Source: a virus
Lineage: Duplodnaviria > Caudoviricetes
Reading direction: 5' to 3' (one strand)
Length of the DNA stretch: 64,000 nt
IMG/VR virus record: IMGVR_UViG_3300021399_000132
Span: 1-64,000 of that record
The number at the start of each line of letters is the position of its first letter. Within the stretch, counting starts at the first letter, position 1. The position numbers and the translations under genes are program-made. A model generated the notes under the pieces. The model was not told where the DNA came from and made no database searches. It was given only the letters and a program-made list of their open reading frames with translations. Positions 7,972 through 16,993 of the stretch are shown in pieces.

Positions 7972-8262
7972 ATGGCATTTGAAAGAGGATGGCACATAAA
8001 AGGAGAACCAGTAGACGCGGAACTTGATTTAGGTTTAAAGCCGGGCGACAGATTAATCTGTAAGCGCGGCTTTTTGTTTAATGAATCGCTCTCGGGAATT
8101 TCCGCGCATGTTCCCGATGTGGTAGTTGTTGAGAAGGTGTTCCCCAGATTCATTGTTGTAAGGGCAGAGTTTTATAGCAATGGCGGTAAGGAATATCGTG
8201 AGTGCATCAACAAGGCAGCATTCATTGCCGGGGATGTTCAGTTCAAACTTGCTGAGGAGTAA
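7972..8262 (+). CDS. hypothetical protein
   Basis: AGGAGG RBS before ATG 7972. Confidence 0.75.
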   Translation: MAFERGWHIKGEPVDAELDLGLKPGDRLICKRGFLFNESLSGISAHVPDVVVVEKVFPRFIVVRAEFYSNGGKEYRECINKAAFIAGDVQFKLAEE

Positions 8263-8285
8263 AAAGCCGTAAAGGGAATGAAAAA

Positions 8286-8540
8286 ATGAATGAAGAGAAG
8301 TTGGAGTTTGATATTGACTTCGATGCGGAAGTAAAGGAACGGGCTTTCCAATTAGAAAAGCAAGGTGTTCTGTTGTGTAAAGATTGTCATTACGCAAAGC
8401 AGTCACCAGTTAAAGGGATGTACCATTGCTCTTACTGGGGAATGCATACCGATTACTACGGGTTTTGTTATAAGGCCACAAAAAGGTCATCTATTGACAA
8501 TGATGAGTTGATCAACTTCGTTTCAAGCCTTATCGATTAA
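8286..8540 (+). CDS. small four-Cys motif protein
   Basis: CKDC...C...FCY. Confidence 0.75.
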   Translation: MNEEKLEFDIDFDAEVKERAFQLEKQGVLLCKDCHYAKQSPVKGMYHCSYWGMHTDYYGFCYKATKRSSIDNDELINFVSSLID

Positions 8541-8555
8541 AGAGGAGGAATAATA

Positions 8556-8789
8556 ATGAAATCTTTTACGGTAAATAAACCGATTACAAAGCCTTTATTG
8601 GTTAAGCCGAAAAAGGCAGACGGTAGTAAGGTCATTGAGTGCGTGAATTGCAAGTTCAGGGTTGAACATCACTATGAAGATGAAGGTGAAGAGCCGTATA
8701 TCAAGTTGACATGCGGGAATAAATACGGGCTCACTGAAAACTATATAGTTCATGATGACGACTATTGTTCAAGAGCTGAGGTGAGATAA
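8556..8789 (+). CDS. small four-Cys motif protein
   Basis: CVNC...C...DYCSRAE; GAGGAGG RBS. Confidence 0.75.
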   Translation: MKSFTVNKPITKPLLVKPKKADGSKVIECVNCKFRVEHHYEDEGEEPYIKLTCGNKYGLTENYIVHDDDYCSRAEVR

Positions 8790-9328
8790 TGGTAGATTTA
8801 GGAGCATATGCGCAGATCGAGAATCTTAATGGGATTATGAATTCAAATGGAATTCGTGTTCCAAGATTGAGAGGGCTTCGCCTGATGGTTAATGAAGAAC
8901 CGATCGACATTGATGAGGTGTGCAAGAACGTTGAGATTGACCTGGTCGAACACTTGTGCAGATGCGGTTGGAACCCGAAGGCCAACTGGCACAACTATTA
9001 CTGGAGAACAGACCGGGCAATTAAGAAATATGTTGATTACAAAAATAATCGTGTCAGATGGGAGTTAATTCATGGCAAAAAACGTCGTATTTTGAAGACA
9101 GAAGTGAAGAATCAGGTCAAAAAATATAGAAAACAGTACGAAATGTACAACAAATACGCTGGTAAAACTGGTGTTTTGTACATCCACGCAAGAATCGGCG
9201 GTGGGAATTGGCCGACATATTACAAAGACGTGGTTGGTAAACCGTGGTTTATTGAAAGAATAGATGACGCTTTTGATAGTACGTACTGTGACATCTATGC
9301 AAGAATAAAGGAGGTTGATGACGAATGA
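8789..9328 (+). CDS. conserved phage hypothetical protein
   Basis: TAATG coupling; HARIGGGNW motif. Confidence 0.8.
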   Translation: MVDLGAYAQIENLNGIMNSNGIRVPRLRGLRLMVNEEPIDIDEVCKNVEIDLVEHLCRCGWNPKANWHNYYWRTDRAIKKYVDYKNNRVRWELIHGKKRRILKTEVKNQVKKYRKQYEMYNKYAGKTGVLYIHARIGGGNWPTYYKDVVGKPWFIERIDDAFDSTYCDIYARIKEVDDE

Positions 9329-10449
9329 TTTATCTTGACAACGCTGCTTCGACTAAGATGTCTCCGGGGGTTATTGAGGCAATGAAGTCCTATCTCGGAG
9401 AAGGGTGTTATGGGAATCCTGACTCGGTGCATTCGATTGGTATCAATGCAAACTCAATGGTTAATGCGGCAAGGATGGCAGTTGCAGATGCAATCGGGGC
9501 AAAGCCTGAGCAGATCATTTTCACTTCCGGTGGAACGGAAGCAAACAACCTGGCGATCCTCGGATGCGGGGCGAGGTATGGTGTCTGTTCGTATGGAGAA
9601 CATGACTCAGCATATAATGCGATCATGAAATATCCGGCGCATAAAATTGTCCGGCTTACCAACAAGGGCGATATTGATTATGACGATCTGGAAAAGGTGC
9701 TTAACAAGGCGGCTGGATGGGATGCTGTGCTGGCTTTCTCTGCGGTGAACAACGAGGTTGGGTCTGTAAATCAGATTAATAAAATTGCCGAGTTGAAGCC
9801 AGCTGATGCGTGGCTCCATATTGATTATGTACAGGCATTTGGGCAGTATCCAATTAACGTGAATGATTACGCCATCGATTCGATGTCGTTGTCGTCCCAC
9901 AAGATTCACGGGCCGCAGGGCGTAGGGGCTCTGTATGTAAGAAGACCTGAGAAACTTAAGCCAATTTTACAGGGTTCGACGGCGCAGGAGTTTGGACTCC
10001 GTCCGGGTACAAAAAATGTTCTCGGTATTGTCGGGTTTGGTAAGGCGTGCAAGGAGGTGGCGCAGGGTTTAACGGCAGTTCCAATTACAACGAGAGATTT
10101 ATTTGTGAAATGCTTATTAAAAGAAATGAAAGATGCATTTGGTGATAAGGCGTATGATATAATAAGAATCAATGGTTGGAGCAATCCGAAAATTGTAAGC
10201 CTGACCATCCGTGGTGTTGATGCAGAAACATTAATCATGATGCTCTCAGCCGACGGCGTATGTGTCTCGGCTGGATCTGCGTGCCACGCACACGAATCTA
10301 AGCCAAGTAGGGTTCTTACTGCGATGGGGATTTCGGATGCGGATGCGATGTGCACAATCAGGGTTTCGTTCTCCAGCGTAACAACAAATATGGAGGTTGC
10401 CGTGGCGGCAGACAAGATTGTTTGTGCCGTTAAAACAGTGAGGACTTAA
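9325..10449 (+). CDS. iscS: cysteine desulfurase, IscS/NifS family
   Basis: MIYLDNAAST, FTSGGTEANN, HIDYVQ, SSHKIHGPQG (PLP Lys), SAGSAC (catalytic Cys), IRVSF. Confidence 0.95.
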   Translation: MIYLDNAASTKMSPGVIEAMKSYLGEGCYGNPDSVHSIGINANSMVNAARMAVADAIGAKPEQIIFTSGGTEANNLAILGCGARYGVCSYGEHDSAYNAIMKYPAHKIVRLTNKGDIDYDDLEKVLNKAAGWDAVLAFSAVNNEVGSVNQINKIAELKPADAWLHIDYVQAFGQYPINVNDYAIDSMSLSSHKIHGPQGVGALYVRRPEKLKPILQGSTAQEFGLRPGTKNVLGIVGFGKACKEVAQGLTAVPITTRDLFVKCLLKEMKDAFGDKAYDIIRINGWSNPKIVSLTIRGVDAETLIMMLSADGVCVSAGSACHAHESKPSRVLTAMGISDADAMCTIRVSFSSVTTNMEVAVAADKIVCAVKTVRT

Positions 10450-10451
10450 TT

Positions 10452-10859
10452 ATGGGAAATGAGTACTTTATTGATATAGAAAAGGCTGTTGAAGAGAAAC
10501 GACGCGAGGATCTGGTTGATCTGTTGCGTGTGATTTCCGAAAAAATAAACAATAAGAACGTAGAATATATAATAGATGTGCACCAAGTTGCAAGATTCGA
10601 ATTGATAAAAGAGCGCATTCAATCATATTTTGCAGATATGCCAGAATTTTCTGTTAAAAATTCTATTGATGAAGATTGTACCAGCGGCTTAATAACTATT
10701 ACCGCCGAAGGCGTTTTAAATTTGGAACTTACTGAAGAGATAAAGATGCTGTTGAAAAATTGCACAAGGATGGATATTTCGCCACGCAATAACGGCATTG
10801 TTGATTTGGACTTTAATTTTCTTAACTTTCGTAAGAAACGCTATAGAGGTGACAAATGA
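10452..10859 (+). CDS. hypothetical protein
   Basis: Coupled to iscS. Confidence 0.75.
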   Translation: MGNEYFIDIEKAVEEKRREDLVDLLRVISEKINNKNVEYIIDVHQVARFELIKERIQSYFADMPEFSVKNSIDEDCTSGLITITAEGVLNLELTEEIKMLLKNCTRMDISPRNNGIVDLDFNFLNFRKKRYRGDK

Positions 10860-11194
10860 TGAATTGTGTTGAACTGGCGAATGCTATTTTGACTGGTGAA
10901 GTCGAAAAAAAACAATATTCCAAACCTCTATTAGACGACGCATTGTATAATAATGTAATGGTAGCTGTCACTGCATTGTCAAAATTATTTGATACCGATG
11001 AGGAACGCAGTTTCGATGTTGAAATAACCCGGAACGGAAATGCTGTTAATGTTGAGGTGTGTTTCAACACGTATTATTTTCAATTTACACAGATCAGCGG
11101 ATTGGTTTTTGATTCGGTCTTCGCAAATGCAAAACGATTGGTCGTCACAACAGTAGATGACGACAATTTGGTTAATGTTAAATTGATATATTGA
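10856..11194 (+). CDS. hypothetical protein
   Basis: ATGA overlap; GAGGTG RBS. Confidence 0.75.
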   Translation: MMNCVELANAILTGEVEKKQYSKPLLDDALYNNVMVAVTALSKLFDTDEERSFDVEITRNGNAVNVEVCFNTYYFQFTQISGLVFDSVFANAKRLVVTTVDDDNLVNVKLIY

Positions 11195-11217
11195 CAATAG
11201 GAGGTTGGTATAAAAGA

Positions 11218-11448
11218 ATGAACAAAGCCAGAAGAAAGAGTATTAGACAGGCCATGTCATATTTAGACATGGCTTTTAATTTGGTGGAAAGTGCTAGAGA
11301 CGAAGAAAAAGATTGCCTTGACAACATGCCGGAGAACCTTGAATATTCAGAACGCTATGAGAAGATGGAAAACGCGGTCGATAAATTAGACGACGCGGTA
11401 TCGAGTATTGAAGAAGCGCGAGATGCACTTGAAGAGGCGGCGGAATAA
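11218..11448 (+). CDS. acidic helical hypothetical protein
   Basis: AGGAGG RBS; MNKARRKSI...DEE...LDNMPENL..SERYE family. Confidence 0.8.
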   Translation: MNKARRKSIRQAMSYLDMAFNLVESARDEEKDCLDNMPENLEYSERYEKMENAVDKLDDAVSSIEEARDALEEAAE

Positions 11449-11474
11449 GTCGTCTCTTTTGGTTAGGAGGATTC

Positions 11475-11804
11475 ATGGATTTATCTGAGTTTGACGCATT
11501 TGTAAAAGATAACAACTCAAATGGCTACTACGGTTTTAGTACTTTGATCAATTATGCTGCAACATCCAAAGAACATTTTGTCATCAAATTCAACTATGTT
11601 TTTGTAAATGGCGAGGCTAGATCAATTTCGTTTTCAAATCCCGTCATTGCCATAAGGCTTGACAGCGTTACGCACATTGATCGAATCGATCTTGATTCTG
11701 GCAGAGTTCAATTCAATATAACTTGTGAAGATAATTTAATAAATGATGGAGGAAAATATGTTGAAAAAATTATCTGGGTACCCGTACGTAAATCGGGCTT
11801 TTAA
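11475..11804 (+). CDS. hypothetical protein
   Basis: AGGAGG RBS; stop TAA 11802-11804 abuts the MazF frame. Confidence 0.75.
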   Translation: MDLSEFDAFVKDNNSNGYYGFSTLINYAATSKEHFVIKFNYVFVNGEARSISFSNPVIAIRLDSVTHIDRIDLDSGRVQFNITCEDNLINDGGKYVEKIIWVPVRKSGF

Positions 11805-12238
11805 CTTGTGCTAACTACAAAGGCCATTCGCCTAGACACGGTGACATTTACCTGCTTAGGTTTGATGGCATCGAGCACGAACAGTCGGGCATTCGCCCTG
11901 GGCTTGTAATTTCCAATAACAAAGGGAATTTTTACAGCCCAAACATTATAGTATTACCGCTCACCACATCACTTAAACGCTTGAGCCAGCAAACGCATGT
12001 TGTTATTAAGGCAAAGGATTCTGGACTTGCACAAGATAGCATGGTATTGTGCGAGAATCCAGTTTGTGTTTCAAAACAGCGGCTCATCCGTTATTTGACA
12101 ACCGTACGACCGCAACAATTGGAAGAAGTTGCAACCGCCTATTTATTAAGTACCGGAGTTTTATCGAGTCTGTCGGATGAACAACTCATTAATATTAGAA
12201 AGAAGGCATTGTCTCTTGACTCATTACTAATTGCGTAA
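11804..12238 (+). CDS. MazF/PemK-family endoribonuclease; reading frame lacks an in-frame ATG/GTG/TTG at its 5' end
   Basis: Frame is open from 11792: PRHGDIYLL...EQSGIRPGLVISNNKGNFYSPNIIVLPLTT...THVVI...GLAQDSMVLCE...SKQRL. It aligns with B. subtilis NdoA/MazF including the Arg and Thr catalytic positions. The ORF track shows only the C-terminal half (TTG 11981). Confidence 0.85.
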   Translation, partial: TCANYKGHSPRHGDIYLLRFDGIEHEQSGIRPGLVISNNKGNFYSPNIIVLPLTTSLKRLSQQTHVVIKAKDSGLAQDSMVLCENPVCVSKQRLIRYLTTVRPQQLEEVATAYLLSTGVLSSLSDEQLINIRKKALSLDSLLIA

Positions 12239-12266
12239 TACATATTAAAGAAAGAGAGGTAAAAAT

Positions 12267-13259
12267 GTGTATAATGACGCAATTAAGAGGCGATATCTCG
12301 ACGAGATAGACGCGCACAATCGCACATTGGCAATGTATGAAGGCGATCTTGAAAGGATTTCTCGTCTCGAAACAAAGCTCGGCAAAGACCTGAGCGCTTT
12401 TACTGTTGATGAGTTCGAAGAGGCAGTAAATAGTATTGGTGGGGTTTCAACACATTCATTACAAACTCGCGCATGTTTACTGAAAAGATATGCAAGGTGG
12501 GTAATCGATAGCGGTTTGGATGAATTGAATCCAAATCATGCGCTTTACAATCTATCAGTAACGGAAGTTGCGGATACAACTTCTAACATCTCTAAAAGTT
12601 TAATTAAAGATCCACAACACTTAAAAAGGATTCTTGATGCAATTGACGAGTACAATGAAACGCCGCCTTCGTTTATGGGGTTAAATAAAATAAGACGCGT
12701 TTTTGCGTGGCTCATGTATTCAGGGTTTGCACAAGAAGATATAGTCATGGTGAAAGACAGTGATGTGGATATCAAACATCGAATGATTACATTTAAATCT
12801 GATGTTTACCCAATTTATTATTTGGCATTGCAGGATTTTCAAGATCTGCTTTCTATGGAAACTATGTCTACAAAGAAAACCTCGAAGAAGATCGTCATGC
12901 AATTTCCAAGAGTGGATGGCGATCTTCTCCTTCGGGGAGAAGCAAACCCGGTTTTTAAGTCCTTATATAATAACTTTGGCATGCTTGTAGCCGCAGCTGG
13001 AAAAGTAAACCCGGTCGTAATACCATTGCCATATAAAAAAGTTCACATCTCTGGGCTCTTTTACCAAGCATATCTAGAAGAGATTGAAACTGGATTGGAA
13101 CCGCGATTCAGAGTACAGGCGGAACGTGACCTAGAAACATCAAAAGATTGGGAAACGGCGAGCATTGAATCGAAGCGTGACAGGATTTATAAGAAAGCTC
13201 TGAATTACCGAACCGATTATAAAAAATGGAAAAATGCATTCGATCTTGTGAATAATTAA
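12267..13259 (+). CDS. MrpR/YopR-like repressor (degenerate tyrosine-recombinase fold)
   Basis: MYN..IK..YLD, ETKLGKDLSAFT, S.Q....LL..Y..W.I, L.YSG...D.V.VK..DVD, SGLFYQAY resemble SPbeta YopR/MrpR; similar length (330 aa); no HxxR...H...Y catalytic set. Confidence 0.7.
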   Translation: MYNDAIKRRYLDEIDAHNRTLAMYEGDLERISRLETKLGKDLSAFTVDEFEEAVNSIGGVSTHSLQTRACLLKRYARWVIDSGLDELNPNHALYNLSVTEVADTTSNISKSLIKDPQHLKRILDAIDEYNETPPSFMGLNKIRRVFAWLMYSGFAQEDIVMVKDSDVDIKHRMITFKSDVYPIYYLALQDFQDLLSMETMSTKKTSKKIVMQFPRVDGDLLLRGEANPVFKSLYNNFGMLVAAAGKVNPVVIPLPYKKVHISGLFYQAYLEEIETGLEPRFRVQAERDLETSKDWETASIESKRDRIYKKALNYRTDYKKWKNAFDLVNN

Positions 13260-13261
13260 AC

Positions 13262-13286
13262 AAACCTGCGGAAGCGCAGGTTTTTC
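13262..13286 (+). terminator. intrinsic terminator
   Basis: AAACCTGCG-GAAG-CGCAGGTTT followed by a T run. Confidence 0.85.
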
Positions 13287-13340
13287 TTTACATACTAAAA
13301 TAAACAGCTACACTATAAATACAACCAATGAAATCATGAT
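13287..13340 (+). promoter_or_regulatory. sigmaA-like promoter of the replication operon with downstream CAACCAATGAAATCATGAT box
   Basis: TTTACA-16-TACACT; the box matches 22212-22230 at 18 of 19 nt. Confidence 0.5.
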
Positions 13341-13418
13341 ACACGGAGAAAAGGGTAAATGCAGTTCGACTCTGCAATTCTCCATCACCAAGCAGAGCAA
13401 GGAGGTCAGGTAAAGATC

Positions 13419-14192
13419 ATGGAAGAGATTGAAGAAGTAAAACTCAACTTGGTTCAGAAACTCGCCAAGATCAGGGAAATGTCCAATGCTGTAACAAAAT
13501 CTAAATCCGGTTATGGTTACAAGTATGCAGACATTACTGAAATTTTGGCAAAAGTCACAGCCGGAATGAAGAAGTACAGCGTAAGTCTTATCCCGGAGAT
13601 TGTGCCAGGTACATTCGTGGTAGAAACTATCCGCAAAGAGAAGACTAAAAAAGCGAAAGACGGAACGCCATTCATCGAGGTGTCAATGGAGTCTCAGGTT
13701 AATGCGCAGATGTTATTCAAGTGGGTTAATGATGAGAACGCCGAAGAAACAATCACGGTGCCGTGGCATCTTGTTGGATCGCAGTCAGATCCATCGCAGG
13801 CTATGGGGTCAGCCCTTACATATTGTACGAGGTATTTCTTGACAGAGTATTTCCAGATTGCAACGCCAGAAGATGATGTCGATGCATACCGCAGCAAGCA
13901 GAAAGAGGCTGAGGAGCAGGAAGAAAAGGCACTGGTTGAAGCAATGGTTTCCGAGATTGATCAGGCAGTTAGAACATATCTCGAAGGGCATTCTGACAAG
14001 GGCGATGAAGTAAAAGAATTCATTGGCAGATATGTAAAGGGTTCCAACTATACGAAGATTAAGGACTCTAATACTGCCGGCAGACTTCTCAACGACTTTA
14101 AAGCAAAGTTTGTCGAAGTGCAGGTAAGTTCCCAGGCCGAGGAACCTGAGAAAGTGAAGCAGGAAGAGAAGAAAGGTAAAGGTGGAAAATAA
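13419..14192 (+). CDS. ERF-family ssDNA annealing protein
   Basis: GYGYKYADITEI and QAMGSALTYCTRY motifs; GGAGG RBS before ATG 13419. Confidence 0.85.
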   Translation: MEEIEEVKLNLVQKLAKIREMSNAVTKSKSGYGYKYADITEILAKVTAGMKKYSVSLIPEIVPGTFVVETIRKEKTKKAKDGTPFIEVSMESQVNAQMLFKWVNDENAEETITVPWHLVGSQSDPSQAMGSALTYCTRYFLTEYFQIATPEDDVDAYRSKQKEAEEQEEKALVEAMVSEIDQAVRTYLEGHSDKGDEVKEFIGRYVKGSNYTKIKDSNTAGRLLNDFKAKFVEVQVSSQAEEPEKVKQEEKKGKGGK

Positions 14193-14193
14193 C

Positions 14194-14574
14194 ATGGGTT
14201 TCAGAAAAGATGCATATGCAACAGTGTGGAGAGTAGAATCAATCTCTCCGACACTTACAAAGGCGCAGCTGTCAATCAGCCGTAAGAACAGAGATGGTGA
14301 ATACGAACAGGATTTCGGATCATACGTAGCATTCATCGGCACATCTGCTGCTGCTAAGGCGGCAAGATTAACCGATAAAGATAAGATCAAGCTTGGTGAT
14401 GTTGATGTGTCCACAAAGTACGACAAGGAAAAGAAGATCATGTACACAAATTTCAAGGTTTTCTCCTTCGAGACAATGGATGAGGTAAACGGGGACAAGC
14501 CGGAACATACAAATAAAGCAGAGGAAAAGACAGAACCGGAAATCGAAATCGACGATTCGAACCTGCCGTTCTAA
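14194..14574 (+). CDS. ssb: single-stranded DNA-binding protein
   Basis: OB-like core; acidic tail ending DDSNLPF. Confidence 0.8.
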   Translation: MGFRKDAYATVWRVESISPTLTKAQLSISRKNRDGEYEQDFGSYVAFIGTSAAAKAARLTDKDKIKLGDVDVSTKYDKEKKIMYTNFKVFSFETMDEVNGDKPEHTNKAEEKTEPEIEIDDSNLPF

Positions 14575-14589
14575 TGAGAAGGTGGCTGC

Positions 14590-15384
14590 ATGTCAGAAAA
14601 GGATTACAAGTCTCTTATTGAGAAGATGACGTGGAGCTATTCGCGAATTGACTGCTTTAACACCTGCAGGTATAAATGGTTTCTCAGGTACATTGATGAT
14701 CCGCTTGGGGTAAAGTCAGAGCCGATGTTCTATAGCTCATACGGTTCGTTCATCCATGAATTGCTGGAAGGATTCTACAACGGTAAATATACGAAGGACG
14801 AGCTCCCTACAATATTCCTGTCGCAATTCGGTAAAAGGGTTCGTGGTGAACGACCGCCGGGCGGAATCGCCCAGAAGTACATCCAATCTGGATACGAGTA
14901 TTTGAAGTCATTCGAACCATTTCCATACAAGATGCTTGGCGTAGAAAAACGAGTGGCATTCAGCGTTGGGGGCAATCGGTTTATAGGGTTTATCGATTTC
15001 CTCGGTGAGAAAGATGGCGAACTGTACATCATCGACAACAAGTCGCGTGATCTCAAACCGAGAAGTAAACGCAAGAAGCCAACGATAAAAGACATGGAAC
15101 TTGATGAGATGCTGAGGCAGTTGTACCTGTACGCTGCTGCTGTGAAAGAAGAGTACGGGAAATTCCCTAAGGCATTGTGCTTCAACTGCTTCAAAAGCGG
15201 TGTCTTCATCGAAGAGCCATTCGTAAAAGAACGGTTTTATGAGACGCTCGAGTGGGCTGAGAAGACGATCGATAGGATCACCAACGCAACGGAGTTCTAT
15301 CCGAATCTGGATTACTTCTTCTGCAGGTGGTTGTGTGAGTACCGCAACGAATGCTGCTATGTAGACAGGGGTGATAAAGAATGA
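14590..15384 (+). CDS. PD-(D/E)XK exonuclease, Cas4/AddB-like, Fe-S type
   Basis: WSYSRI..F..C, E...F.GFID...IIDNKS; C-terminal C..LCEYRNEC. Confidence 0.85.
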   Translation: MSEKDYKSLIEKMTWSYSRIDCFNTCRYKWFLRYIDDPLGVKSEPMFYSSYGSFIHELLEGFYNGKYTKDELPTIFLSQFGKRVRGERPPGGIAQKYIQSGYEYLKSFEPFPYKMLGVEKRVAFSVGGNRFIGFIDFLGEKDGELYIIDNKSRDLKPRSKRKKPTIKDMELDEMLRQLYLYAAAVKEEYGKFPKALCFNCFKSGVFIEEPFVKERFYETLEWAEKTIDRITNATEFYPNLDYFFCRWLCEYRNECCYVDRGDKE

Positions 15385-16712
15385 GAGCGGATGACATAAA
15401 CAGTATCGAAAGTGAAGCGGGAATTATTGCATCGCTGATACATAACCCGGAGCTTGTTTACTACTCCGAGTTCCTTCACCCCAACCACTTTACCAACAAA
15501 GAAAACAGGCTGATCTATACGGCAATCTGCGATCTCGTCAAAAGAGACATTAAGCACATCGACCCGTATAACGTCATCGAATCTCTGAATGCTTCCGAGG
15601 CAACACGAAAACTCGCCGAGGGGCTCTCCGTAGAAAAGCTACAGGAACTGTTCGAGATGAGCGATGTCCTTTGCAGAAACACTGTCGAAGAATATAAGAT
15701 GCTTGTCTCGAATGTGCTCGATGCGGCGTTCCGGCAAGAGGTTTTCCGTAAACTTCAGGAATGTCAGGGGTTGTGCTATGACCGCACGGTCGAGGGAGTT
15801 CAGCAAAAGATCTACAACATTATCGACGAAACAATGACAGCGTACTCTGTTATTGATGACACTCCAGTGTTTGGTGAGGTGATTGACGATTTGTGGACAG
15901 AGATTGAAGCACATCAGGATGGGAAATTCGCAGGAACGCCGTTCAAATTCCCAACACTTAATGAGTATGTGACGATTGAGCCGGGTGAACTGGTAGTCCT
16001 CGGTGCGCCAGCCAAAGGTGCTAAGTCGATGTTTATGCTAAATGAAGCTGTCGATCTTATGCGCCGAGGGAAATCTGTTATGTACATAGACAGCGAACTC
16101 TCAAGCAGATTATTCCTGTGCAGGTTGGTTTCACATCTCACGGGTATTGAATTCCGTAGGGTTCGGAGTGGTAACTATACCGCCGAAGAGTACGATCAGA
16201 TCCAGTCAGCCTTGGCATGGGTTAAACAGCAGAAATTCGTACACCTGTACATGCCGCTGTTCAGTCAGGATGCGATTTACACAGCAGTCCAAAAGATATC
16301 TCACAAGTTTGACGGGCTTGACGTGTTGATCGTTGATTATCTGAAATCAAGCGGTGATTCAGATGCATTCGCGACCTATGCAGAACTCGGAAAGCTTACC
16401 GATATGGTAAAGAACGACATCGCTGGCGCAATGGGAATTGCAGCCCTTGCTGCGGCACAGCTCAACAACTATGGAAAGCTGGCTGACAGCGCGAAGATCT
16501 ACAGAAACGCAAGTTCAATCTTGCTTCTGACAGATAAGAGCGATGAAGAGATGGAAGCTGACGGAATCGAATGCGGTAACAAAAAGCTCATCGTTTCTCA
16601 TAACAGAAACGGAATGCAACATGTGTCCGGCGAATGGATTGACATCGAGTTCGAAGGCAACACCTGTATGCTGACCGAAGCAAAGCAGCACATCCCTGCA
16701 ACGCCATATTAA
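15381..16712 (+). CDS. DnaB-like replicative helicase
   Basis: N-terminal DnaB domain, Walker A variant GAPAKGAKS, DSEL, IVDYL, AAQLN, IADS-like LADS. Confidence 0.9.
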   Translation: MRADDINSIESEAGIIASLIHNPELVYYSEFLHPNHFTNKENRLIYTAICDLVKRDIKHIDPYNVIESLNASEATRKLAEGLSVEKLQELFEMSDVLCRNTVEEYKMLVSNVLDAAFRQEVFRKLQECQGLCYDRTVEGVQQKIYNIIDETMTAYSVIDDTPVFGEVIDDLWTEIEAHQDGKFAGTPFKFPTLNEYVTIEPGELVVLGAPAKGAKSMFMLNEAVDLMRRGKSVMYIDSELSSRLFLCRLVSHLTGIEFRRVRSGNYTAEEYDQIQSALAWVKQQKFVHLYMPLFSQDAIYTAVQKISHKFDGLDVLIVDYLKSSGDSDAFATYAELGKLTDMVKNDIAGAMGIAALAAAQLNNYGKLADSAKIYRNASSILLLTDKSDEEMEADGIECGNKKLIVSHNRNGMQHVSGEWIDIEFEGNTCMLTEAKQHIPATPY

Positions 16713-16757
16713 GAATCATCTTAAAAAACAGGAAGGATAAAAAGGTTAAAAACAAAT

Positions 16758-16967
16758 ATGTCTGAAGTTGAATTATCTCTTATTGAGGGCGAGGTGCGTA
16801 ACTGCCCAAATGTTGGCACTACGTGCTGGTTCAGACCAAACCCCATCGGATTTGGCAAGGGAACTGTTAAAAGAAGATGGAGCGACGGCGATGACATCTA
16901 TGTTGAGGTGCCGGAGTGGAGTGCCTCGGTGAAATATTCGCTGGACAAGATTGTGTGGGAAGATTAA
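16758..16967 (+). CDS. small hypothetical protein
   Basis: Co-oriented ORF between helicase and primase. Confidence 0.6.
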   Translation: MSEVELSLIEGEVRNCPNVGTTCWFRPNPIGFGKGTVKRRWSDGDDIYVEVPEWSASVKYSLDKIVWED

Positions 16968-16993
16968 CGCCAAATTAATAAGGAGAGATTGAC

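Noticed and set aside
11191-11214. Promoter TTGACA...TATAAA
   Set aside because: Spacer is only 12 nt and contains the RBS.
7068-13259. Arbitrium (aimR/aimP) or dnd/ssp phosphorothioation genes
   Set aside because: No TPR receptor, secreted pro-peptide, or DndBCDE/Ssp-like ORF recognised in the window; they could lie outside it.
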